From sequence record JQ823122.1: a stretch of 24,000 nucleotides of DNA. One strand, 5' to 3'. A program made the translations under genes and the position numbers. Shown piece after piece: positions 16,484 through 24,000 of the stretch. Within the stretch, counting starts at the first letter, position 1. Each line of letters begins with the position of its first letter. Below the pieces are notes generated by a model, which worked only from the letters and a program-made list of their open reading frames with translations, made no database searches and had not been told where the DNA came from. This stretch comes from Nonlabens phage P12024S.

Positions 16484-16751
16484 ACCTTTCCTCAACTTCC
16501 TTAATAGTCAACTGTTCTCGATCATCTTTGTATAGGTCGTCAAGGGTTGCTAGTTGGTTTTCACTATCAAAAAAGTAAACTTCATCATCTGCCATAGTTA
16601 TGATTTTTCTATGATTGCAAAATAAAAACATCGCTTCTCTATTTTTTATATGTTTACCGCCAAACCTCCACTGATACCCCAACTCAAAAAGTCGTTTCTG
16701 AATTGCCTCACTATGCTCTGGGCTGTGCACTCTAAATTTTAGGTTTTTCAT
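16455..16751 (-). CDS. Reverse-strand moron-like hypothetical protein
   Basis: Probable start at 16751, MKNLKFRVHSPEHSEAIQKRLFELGYQWRFGGKHIKNREAMFLF... Opposite to all flanking structural genes. Confidence 0.65.
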   Translation of the reverse strand: MKNLKFRVHSPEHSEAIQKRLFELGYQWRFGGKHIKNREAMFLFCNHRKIITMADDEVYFFDSENQLATLDDLYKDDREQLTIKEVEERFNVKVIYPK

Positions 16752-16769
16752 TGTTATTTCTTTAGTTTG

Positions 16770-16799
16770 CAATATACAACTAAAAACAAAACCGTGCAA
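16770..16799 (-). promoter_or_regulatory. Putative reverse-strand host-type promoter
   Basis: On the minus strand: TTG, 20 nt, TATATTG (forward 16797-16799 and 16770-16776), upstream of ATG 16751. Confidence 0.45.
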
Positions 16800-16811
16800 C
16801 TTTCCGTTAAT
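16781..16811 (+). promoter_or_regulatory. Bipartite late motif, copy 3
   Basis: TAAAAACAA (16781-16789), 15 nt, CGTTAAT (16805-16811), then ATG at 16817. Confidence 0.5.
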
Positions 16812-16816
16812 AAAAC

Positions 16817-18241
16817 ATGGCTACATTTTCAGAAATAGATATTACTTTTTTAGATTCATTTGAGGTTAACACTGCTACAAACGTTCTAAGTATAGGTTAC
16901 ACCGACAATCAAACAGGGACAAGTCTATTAATAAACGAAACGATAGTAACAACTAGATCACAATCTGGAGAATTTTCAGTCGGTACTGATGCAAATACAC
17001 AAGCACAAAATTATAAAGATGCATTAGATTTAGATATAGTACCGTCTGGAGATTGGGAGGTGTCAATATCAGGTGCAACCATAACCGTAAAGAGTACTTT
17101 GGACTTCATTCAGTTTAGAAGAGCAGCGGCAGGAGCACCCAATGACACTAGAATAACTGGAGTCATTAGAAACTATACTATACCTATTGAAAGAACTGGC
17201 GGAATACTTCCAGCTCGATCAAACTACTATATCAATAGAGATATAAATGATGCAGCTATAACACAACAGACAGTTAAGATATGGGTTGAGTCAGACCAGT
17301 TTAACGACGACTACGCACAAGCTACACCCAACTACACAGCTACACAATTACGCCCTAGTAGCAACTGGAATAGTTTTGATTTTGCAGTTAGTCAATACGC
17401 TAGAGACTTTATAAACCCAACACTACCAGACCTTTCGGCAAGCTTAGAGCCTAGTGAAGACGGATCAGTAATTGCAATGAGTGTATCTACAAGAAATAAC
17501 CAGCAAGCAACGGACCAACCTATATTAAACCAAGTCATAACCACGCTAGGATATAGCGGGTATAATTTAGGAGCGAAACCGATATACAATAGAGATATAT
17601 TACTTTGCTCAACTATAAACCAAGTAAAGAAAGGAGAGAAGGTTGTAGTGCCTATTTTTACATTAGGTGGCTTATCACAAGTAGTCTTAAAAGGTTCTGA
17701 TGGCACAACTATTGAAACGGTAAATGTAGCCGCTACCAACTTTATAAAGGACGCCATAAGCTATGCTATATTTTCTACGGATAACATAGATGATGAATAT
17801 GTAACTGTAAATGATCAGTATCGCTTTGAGCTTATAAATGAGTGTAAATATGATACTGAGGTTGTTTACTTCTTAAATCGTTACGGTGCGTTCGAGGGAT
17901 TAACGTTCTTTAAAACACAAAAAAAGACCGTTCAAGTTGAGCGATTTGGAGCATTTAAAAACAACTATGTAGAGGGAGGTGTTTACAGCAACAAAAGGCA
18001 TCTATACAGAAACGGTGGTGTGCAGGGTAGAGAAACATTGCAGTTAAGTAGTGGGTATGTAAGCGAAGCGCAAAATGCACAATTTGAAGATTTGCTCTTG
18101 AGTGATTACGTTTTTTTATCTGATAATTCTCCTATTAATGTCGATACGAATAGTATTGAAAAGAAAACTAGAATAGTAGATAAATTGATTAGCTACGATA
18201 TTAGTTTCAAAAGGTCTAGCGATCTGATTCAGACGGTTTAA
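16817..18241 (+). CDS. Putative tail structural protein
   Basis: 474-aa ORF in the tail cluster. Contains YRFELINECKYDTEVVYFLNRYGAFEGLTFF. Confidence 0.55.
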   Translation: MATFSEIDITFLDSFEVNTATNVLSIGYTDNQTGTSLLINETIVTTRSQSGEFSVGTDANTQAQNYKDALDLDIVPSGDWEVSISGATITVKSTLDFIQFRRAAAGAPNDTRITGVIRNYTIPIERTGGILPARSNYYINRDINDAAITQQTVKIWVESDQFNDDYAQATPNYTATQLRPSSNWNSFDFAVSQYARDFINPTLPDLSASLEPSEDGSVIAMSVSTRNNQQATDQPILNQVITTLGYSGYNLGAKPIYNRDILLCSTINQVKKGEKVVVPIFTLGGLSQVVLKGSDGTTIETVNVAATNFIKDAISYAIFSTDNIDDEYVTVNDQYRFELINECKYDTEVVYFLNRYGAFEGLTFFKTQKKTVQVERFGAFKNNYVEGGVYSNKRHLYRNGGVQGRETLQLSSGYVSEAQNAQFEDLLLSDYVFLSDNSPINVDTNSIEKKTRIVDKLISYDISFKRSSDLIQTV

Positions 18242-18264
18242 GATTTATGAGGTGAATGAGTTTG

Positions 18265-18345
18265 TTATGCTTTAGTTACTAATTCACAATTAATGCCTTT
18301 AGCTTTTAATTCTTTGTAGTGTTTAAGTGATTTTGTACGTATCAT
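18265..18345 (-). CDS. 26-aa reverse-strand mini-ORF
   Basis: MIRTKSLKHYKELKAKGINCELVTKA*, start 17-24 nt downstream of a well-formed minus-strand promoter. Below the ORF track limit. Confidence 0.45.
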   Translation of the reverse strand: MIRTKSLKHYKELKAKGINCELVTKA

Positions 18346-18368
18346 AATGTTTGTTTCTTTCGTTGGTT

Positions 18369-18399
18369 CAAATCTACAACAATAAAACAAAATACACAA
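18369..18399 (-). promoter_or_regulatory. Reverse-strand Bacteroidetes-type promoter
   Basis: On the minus strand: TTG, 20 nt, TAGATTTG (forward CAA 18397-18399 and CAAATCTA 18369-18376). Confidence 0.6.
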
Positions 18400-18412
18400 G
18401 TTTCACGTTAAT
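18382..18412 (+). promoter_or_regulatory. Bipartite late motif, copy 4
   Basis: ATAAAACAA (18382-18390), 15 nt, CGTTAAT (18406-18412), then ATG at 18418. Confidence 0.5.
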
Positions 18413-18417
18413 AATTA

Positions 18418-20682
18418 ATGCAGCCACAATTATTTATTGAAGACGAAAACAATTCGTTAAGACTAGACTTATACCCTGATGAATCAATTAATTTGAATCA
18501 ATCGGTACAATCGCTTAGGGATTTAACCAAAGTGTTTACGGACTTTACTAAGTCTTTCAAAGTGCCAGCTAATGCACACAATAACGCTATATTTAAACAT
18601 TACTATCAGAGCCAAATTGATGACGGCTACGATGCTAGAACTAAAGTAGCTGGTCGCATTGACATAAACGGCATTACTTTTAAATACGGTAAAATACAGC
18701 TCAACAGCGTTGGTATAAAATCGAACGTTCCAGAGTTTTACGACATTGAATTTTTTGGTAATACAATTGAGATAAAAGAATTAATAGGAGATGACACTTT
18801 GCGTGATCTTACATCGTTAAGTGATCTAGACTTTGATTATACAGCGGCTAACGTTTACAACCGTTTACAATCAAATCAAGATATATCATTTGCGGTTGCT
18901 AGTTACGATCGTAGGTTCATATTTAGAAATGTAAACCAAAGCACAGACAATATTGTAAACATTGCTTACAATTCATTATTTACGGACGGCATCGACTGGA
19001 AAGAGCTAAAAGGGTTTATAAAATTACGTGCTATACTTGAAGCGATAGAGACGGAATACCCGCGTTTAAACTTTAGCCGTGATTTCTTTGGACGTTCTGA
19101 ATTTACTGACTTATATATGAGTCTAGGAATAGGAACGGATAAGGCTAGTCAGTTTGATACAACAAGCATCGGAACGTTAAATGTTAACACATACACAGCA
19201 TTAAACTATATTTTACTTAAAAACATACATAGGGTTAATTGTGTAGTTAATAGTGGTACTAGTGATTACCGATTGGTTATTACTAAAAATGGAGAACGCA
19301 TTTACGTTAGTAACTTCGTAAATGGTAGCTATAACTTTTCTTATGAAGAAAGAAATCCAGATGAGGGAGTTTTTGTATATGAATATTTAATTGAGTCAAA
19401 CGGTGTTTTACAAATCGATGCAAATATAAATTTTAAAGAGTTTCAATATTTAGGATTCTCATCGATAATTAATGAACAAACAATTAGTAGCTCAATTACC
19501 ACTACAACACCTCAATTCGACACACTTTCAGAGATAGCAAATATAAAGGTTTTAGATTGGTTTACGGCAATTATTAAAGCTTTTAATTTAATTATACAAC
19601 CGCAGCAAGACGGTACGTTATTAGTTAATGATTTAAACAGTTGGTATAAACAAGGTAACATTACAGATGTAAGCGAGTATATCGACATAGAAGATATTAA
19701 GGTAGAGCGAGGAGAACTATTTAAAGAAATAGAGTTTAAGTATGAAGACAGCGAACAAATACTAGCAGCGGAATATGAGAGCCAATTTGGTAAACAATTT
19801 GGAGCTGAAGAAATAAGCTTAGAGGGCTTAGCTACTGATGACACTTTAGAAATAGAACTGCCATTTGAAAACCCACAATTTGAGCGATTAGATAGCAGTT
19901 TAGTACAATATGCGTACATTGTCGATAAAGACCAAGAGCCGTATAAAAATAAACCTTTTCTTTGTTATTTACCTACCATTGATTTAGGTAGTACTAACAG
20001 CATGATAGGCTTTAATACAGAAGATGCCTACACATTTGTAAAGTTTGCAAACATTCCTAGCCATTCACAAACCTTAGAGGGTGGGTTTACAGCTCAATTT
20101 GCAGCAGAATTTAGCGAATACAACGGCAGTTTGCTTAGTGATAACCTTTATAGCAGGTTTTATTCGGACTATTTCAATGATTTATTTGATAAAAAAAGGC
20201 GTAAATACACTATAAAGGCGCAATTTACACCGACTTTGCTTACTAAAATAGCAATGAATGACCGCTTAATTATCAAAGGAGAGCGTTATTTAATTGACAA
20301 TGTAGAGACAAACATAACAACTGGCGCGACTTCTTTGGTATTGCTTAACGATTTATTCACTGAATTAGATGCAAGCGATACGAGTAGCAGTTTAAGCAGT
20401 AAGAGTGGTGTGTTTAACACTAATGGAAGTTTTTATTATAGTGGAAAAAATGAATTTGCAATAGCTTTTACAGATTCTGACTGGATCACAATTGATTCAC
20501 AGCCGCCTTTAGTTAACTTCACATTAAGCGAAAATAAAACAGGGCAAGATAGAGCTGGATTGATTCAAATTCAAGATGGATTAAGCGATCCTAGTTTCTT
20601 AGTCTTCCAACCTGCTGGAGCTAATTCCGCTAAGTTTGACAGCACTACAATAACATTTGATAATACTATAACAACATTTTAA
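18418..20682 (+). CDS. Large tail/baseplate protein
   Basis: 754-aa ORF. MQPQLFIEDENNSLRLDLYPDESINLNQSVQSLRDLTKVFTDFTKSFKVPANAHNNAIFKHY resembles tail proteins of Bacteroidetes phages. Confidence 0.6.
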   Translation: MQPQLFIEDENNSLRLDLYPDESINLNQSVQSLRDLTKVFTDFTKSFKVPANAHNNAIFKHYYQSQIDDGYDARTKVAGRIDINGITFKYGKIQLNSVGIKSNVPEFYDIEFFGNTIEIKELIGDDTLRDLTSLSDLDFDYTAANVYNRLQSNQDISFAVASYDRRFIFRNVNQSTDNIVNIAYNSLFTDGIDWKELKGFIKLRAILEAIETEYPRLNFSRDFFGRSEFTDLYMSLGIGTDKASQFDTTSIGTLNVNTYTALNYILLKNIHRVNCVVNSGTSDYRLVITKNGERIYVSNFVNGSYNFSYEERNPDEGVFVYEYLIESNGVLQIDANINFKEFQYLGFSSIINEQTISSSITTTTPQFDTLSEIANIKVLDWFTAIIKAFNLIIQPQQDGTLLVNDLNSWYKQGNITDVSEYIDIEDIKVERGELFKEIEFKYEDSEQILAAEYESQFGKQFGAEEISLEGLATDDTLEIELPFENPQFERLDSSLVQYAYIVDKDQEPYKNKPFLCYLPTIDLGSTNSMIGFNTEDAYTFVKFANIPSHSQTLEGGFTAQFAAEFSEYNGSLLSDNLYSRFYSDYFNDLFDKKRRKYTIKAQFTPTLLTKIAMNDRLIIKGERYLIDNVETNITTGATSLVLLNDLFTELDASDTSSSLSSKSGVFNTNGSFYYSGKNEFAIAFTDSDWITIDSQPPLVNFTLSENKTGQDRAGLIQIQDGLSDPSFLVFQPAGANSAKFDSTTITFDNTITTF

Positions 20683-20685
20683 ACA

Positions 20686-21264
20686 ATGGCAATACTAAAC
20701 ATTAATCTAGGTACTGCACCTAATGACGGAACAGGAGACGACCTTAGAAGTGGAGGGAATAAAATAAACAAGAACTTTGAAGAGGTGCTAACCTTTACAG
20801 GTGGAGCGCAATATATTGATGACTTGTACAAGGAGTCTAGTCCGCTAATAATACAAGAGGGGTCTAGGGTTAAATTAACTTGCGATAATGATACGGTAAT
20901 AGATGGAAATGTACCGCCTGAATTTAGTGGCACTATGTGGAATCCTACCACAAACAAACTCGTAGCTGTAAACGACAAAGATCGCTTTATTACTGAAATC
21001 AGATTCAAGGCTAAGAACTCAGTATTGAGCGGTTTCTTTGACATAGAAATTGACATAGGTGGAGCGCAAAATGTCATATCTAAACAAAGCGAGGTGTTTA
21101 CAAAATCAGCAAATAATGAGCAATCTTTTAAAACCGTGTTTGTTTATTTTACAGGAGCTACATTTATACAAAATGGCGGAGATATATTTATAACCACTTT
21201 AAATGGAGACATGAGTATTTACGATATTGAAATAGTACCAACAAGAATACATAGAGGAAGATAA
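20686..21264 (+). CDS. Virion-associated protein, tail fibre-like N-terminus
   Basis: LGTAPNDGTGDDLRSGGNKINKNFEEV resembles the GTxPNDGTGDxLRxxxxKxNxNF motif common in phage structural proteins. Confidence 0.6.
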   Translation: MAILNINLGTAPNDGTGDDLRSGGNKINKNFEEVLTFTGGAQYIDDLYKESSPLIIQEGSRVKLTCDNDTVIDGNVPPEFSGTMWNPTTNKLVAVNDKDRFITEIRFKAKNSVLSGFFDIEIDIGGAQNVISKQSEVFTKSANNEQSFKTVFVYFTGATFIQNGGDIFITTLNGDMSIYDIEIVPTRIHRGR

Positions 21265-21265
21265 T

Positions 21266-21739
21266 ATGAAAGTTTTTTACGACAACGATAAAAGAAATAT
21301 ATCAATAGAGGGCGTGGGTGTTTATTTTCCTAACTCAACACTTGAGGCTATAATTGAAGACGGCAAAGTTTCTGTGCGAAATAAAAATAGTTTGATAAAT
21401 ATTTTTCATCTAGCACATACAGATATTGAAAAGGAAGATGGTAGCAGTTCAGGTAGTGACATAAATGAGACTGTAACTTATCTAAACGATGAGTTTAATA
21501 AGTCACAACCTAGCGGAACAGAAGAATTTACAGGTGTGTTAACAACTCAAGTAGTTAATGACGATAGAATTAAAGCGGCTGACATTATATCGGTAATGCC
21601 AGTAACTGATGTTCTAGTAAAAGAAGCCCTCATAGTTACTAAGGTAATCGATGGATCATTTATTGTAATTAGGTTTACAATAGGAAGCGGAATTCATGTG
21701 TTAACTACTGCATTACCTTTTAGATGGAAAGTATTATGA
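21266..21739 (+). CDS. Hypothetical structural protein
   Basis: 157-aa ORF in the tail block. Confidence 0.5.
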   Translation: MKVFYDNDKRNISIEGVGVYFPNSTLEAIIEDGKVSVRNKNSLINIFHLAHTDIEKEDGSSSGSDINETVTYLNDEFNKSQPSGTEEFTGVLTTQVVNDDRIKAADIISVMPVTDVLVKEALIVTKVIDGSFIVIRFTIGSGIHVLTTALPFRWKVL

Positions 21740-21876
21740 TCACACAAACTATAAGAACTCTAAGGGAGACAAATAAACGCACAGAATTAACAGAAGTAGC
21801 AAAGGGTAGGTATAAGTACCCTAGCAATTGGAACGAGTTTAAAAACGCTTTAAAATGGCTATTGAGAAAGAAATAA
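21736..21876 (+). CDS. 46-aa small ORF overlapping both neighbours
   Basis: MITQTIRTLRETNKRTELTEVAKGRYKYPSNWNEFKNALKWLLRKK*. ATG overlaps the stop at 21737-21739, and the ORF overlaps the tape-measure start. Confidence 0.5.
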   Translation: MITQTIRTLRETNKRTELTEVAKGRYKYPSNWNEFKNALKWLLRKK

Positions 21877-23915
21877 AAATAAAGGTTGATACCTCTCAAG
21901 CAGAGGCTGGGGTTAAAAAGATAAATAAAGGTTTACAAAAGACAGAAAAAGAATCCAAAAAAGTTGGTGATTCTTCAAAAGCGGCTTTTGGTAAGTTAGA
22001 TTCTTTAACTGGAGGAGCGATAAGTAAGGTAAAAGGGTTTACATCTAGTTTAAGCGGTGTAGCTACTGGTTTTAAAAGTATAGGCGCAGCTATTGCATTA
22101 AGTGGAATTGGGTTAATTCTTATAACCATAGCAGCTTTAACTGCTGCTTTTAAAAACAGTGAAGCGGGGCAAAACAAGTTTGCTAAATTAATGGGTGTTA
22201 TTGGTTCGGTTACTGGTAACGTTGTTGATGTTATCGCAAAAGTAGGAGAATTTATAATAGATGTTTTTTCAGGAGATTCAGGAGCTTTAAAATCATTAAA
22301 AGATTTTGGTTCTCAAATATTTGATATTATTGGGCTTCCTATCAAAAATGCAATTGATATAGTTAAGGCATTAGGAAGGGCTTTTCAAGCGTTAGGGAGT
22401 GGAGATATTAGTGGAGCTTTCGATGAATTAAAAAGCGGTGTAAGCGATGTTAAAGAAAACTTGCAAGAAGCGAAAAGCGCGGCAACAGATTTTTATGATA
22501 CCGCAATACAAGGAAGTAAAGAATTTGTAAAGCAATTACAAGAAGAGGCTAAAATTGCTGCTAACATAGCAGATCAAAGAGCAAAGGCTGACAAACTAGA
22601 TAGAGATTTAATAGTTCAGAGAGCTGAATCAAACAGAAAGATAGCGGAACTAAGAGAAAAAGCGGCAAGGCGTGACTTATTTACAGACGCTCAAAGAAAA
22701 CAGTTTTTAATAGAAGCATCAGAGCTTAACGAAAAGATTACGAAACAAGAAATTGAAAGCGCAAGGCTAAGGCGTGACGCTATTGTAGAAGAAAACAAAT
22801 TAAGCGGTTCAGGTAAAGAAGATTTAAAAGCTGAAGAAGAAGCTAAAGCTCGATTAATCGAACTTGAGACAAAAAGAATACAAACTCAAAGGCGATTAAG
22901 TACCGAAATAAGTACTATAAATACGGCAGCAGCAGCACAAGCAACGGCAGCAGTTAAAAAGCAAGAGCAAGATGCGGCTAAAAGTGAGGAGATAGAACGC
23001 AAAAGACTTGAATCAATATCAAAAGCACGTGAAAAGTTTCAAGATAATTTAGAAAATATTGAAGCAGACACAGAAGAAAAGAAATTAGAGCTAGAAAAAC
23101 AACGAGCGCAAGAAGAACTAGATAGGTTAATAGGTACAGAAACCGAAAAGCAAGAAGCGCAATTAGCATTAGATGATTTATTTGATAAAAAAAGAGAAGA
23201 ATTAAGGGAAAAGAGAGAGTTAGAAGAACAAGTTAGGATAGATAAGATAGCAGAGTTAGGCAAATTAGAAGTTGAGATAGCTAGAGAAAAAGCAGCAGAA
23301 TTAAGAGATCAAAGAATTGCTGAAATTGAAGAGCTAGTCGAAGATGAAGAAGAAAAATTTAGATTACTAGAAATTGTAAATAGAAAATACAAAGAAAAGA
23401 TTCTAGATATAGATGAAAAAGCATCTGAAAAGCAAAAGGATTATGATAGGATTGTAGCAGAAAACAAAAAGGCGTTAATTATAGACGGTCTCGCAATTGT
23501 TCAAAGCGAGTTAAAAAGAGGTAGTGCAGTAAGCAAAGGAATAGCAGCAGCGCAGACGATTTTCGATACTCAACAAGGAATTACAAGTGCATTAGCAGCA
23601 AAAGGAGCGGATCAATTATTGCCATTTCCTGTACGATTAGCAAACGCAGCTCTAGTTGGTATCAAAGGGGCTTTGGCTTTAAAGAATATTCTTAAGACAA
23701 ACCCTATTTCAGCGGCTGGAGGTACTGCACAAAACAACGCTGGAGCAGCCGGAACACAAGCACCTGCATTTAATCTTACCGCTTCTAGTGGTGTAAATCA
23801 AATAGCTGGAGACGTGCAAGGCTCACAACCATTACGAGCTTTTGTAGTAGGTTCTGATGTTACTAATCAACAACAAATGGATCGTGATACTTTCGGTCAG
23901 GCTGGTCTGGGTTAG
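21855..23915 (+). CDS. Tail tape-measure protein
   Basis: 686 aa, long Ala/Lys/Glu-rich coiled-coil regions and hydrophobic segments (FKSIGAAIALSGIGLILITIAALTAAF, NVVDVIAKVGEFIIDVF). Confidence 0.8.
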   Translation: MAIEKEIKIKVDTSQAEAGVKKINKGLQKTEKESKKVGDSSKAAFGKLDSLTGGAISKVKGFTSSLSGVATGFKSIGAAIALSGIGLILITIAALTAAFKNSEAGQNKFAKLMGVIGSVTGNVVDVIAKVGEFIIDVFSGDSGALKSLKDFGSQIFDIIGLPIKNAIDIVKALGRAFQALGSGDISGAFDELKSGVSDVKENLQEAKSAATDFYDTAIQGSKEFVKQLQEEAKIAANIADQRAKADKLDRDLIVQRAESNRKIAELREKAARRDLFTDAQRKQFLIEASELNEKITKQEIESARLRRDAIVEENKLSGSGKEDLKAEEEAKARLIELETKRIQTQRRLSTEISTINTAAAAQATAAVKKQEQDAAKSEEIERKRLESISKAREKFQDNLENIEADTEEKKLELEKQRAQEELDRLIGTETEKQEAQLALDDLFDKKREELREKRELEEQVRIDKIAELGKLEVEIAREKAAELRDQRIAEIEELVEDEEEKFRLLEIVNRKYKEKILDIDEKASEKQKDYDRIVAENKKALIIDGLAIVQSELKRGSAVSKGIAAAQTIFDTQQGITSALAAKGADQLLPFPVRLANAALVGIKGALALKNILKTNPISAAGGTAQNNAGAAGTQAPAFNLTASSGVNQIAGDVQGSQPLRAFVVGSDVTNQQQMDRDTFGQAGLG

Positions 23916-23925
23916 ATACAACTAA

Positions 23926-23955
23926 GTATATAAGCCATTAAAACGGCTTATATAC
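23926..23955. repeat. Perfect 11-bp inverted repeat (hairpin) after the tape-measure gene
   Basis: GTATATAAGCC-ATTAAAAC-GGCTTATATAC. No adjacent T tract, so it is not a canonical terminator. Confidence 0.7.
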
Positions 23956-24000
23956 CCTTGTTGTAAAACATATTGCTAATAAATGTATTCTCCACAATCA

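Noticed and set aside
17392-17757. 121-aa minus-strand ORF
   Set aside because: Lies entirely within the 474-aa forward tail gene and looks like a shadow ORF.
19512-19919. 135-aa minus-strand ORF inside the 754-aa tail gene
   Set aside because: Antisense shadow of a strongly coding forward frame. The Ser/Leu-rich translation has no recognisable motif.
20679-21077. 132-aa minus-strand ORF
   Set aside because: Antisense shadow of the gene at 20686..21264, with no supporting promoter or motif.
21896-23263. Minus-strand ORFs 21896..22177, 22978..23169 and 23039..23263
   Set aside because: Shadow ORFs opposite Lys/Glu-rich tape-measure sequence, a common artefact.
1-24000. CRISPR array, tRNA, rRNA, transposase, integrase or retroelement
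   Set aside because: I looked for regularly spaced repeats, cloverleaf-like segments and recombinase motifs and found none that were convincing.

Overview
The window reads as part of a tailed-phage or prophage genome from a Bacteroidetes/Flavobacteria-like host. Supporting signs are TAnnTTTG promoter boxes, a BT4734/VirE-like primase-helicase, a DUF3127-like OB protein and low GC. From left to right it holds a lysis module (TM/GAF-like protein, 28-aa TM micro-ORF, M15 endolysin, 3TM-like holin), an early/replication block (Cys-rich MPDISMC protein, metallophosphoesterase, DnaA-C-like HTH, ERF annealase, YqaJ-like exonuclease, DUF3127, DUF3310, primase-helicase), an AT-rich accessory island (ABC-ATPase fused to GNAT plus small ORFs), an SF2 helicase, VRR-NUC, a small sigma-like factor, terminase subunits and then tail genes up to a tape-measure protein. 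The most interesting signals are: (1) an ABC-ATPase-GNAT fusion with its own well-formed promoter, ending in QISLF, which resembles a beta-clamp binding pentapeptide. A 59-aa protein immediately downstream ends in the same residues and is bounded by 26-bp direct repeats. (2) A 5-nt insertion exactly inside the Walker A codons of the SF2 helicase. (3) A T9 slippery run joining two halves of a probable tail assembly chaperone. (4) A bipartite motif (TAAAACAA-N14/15-CGTTAAT, 11-12 nt before ATG) repeated before four late genes, three of which are paired with a reverse-strand mini-ORF. No portal or major capsid gene, integrase, tRNA, rRNA or CRISPR array was recognised.
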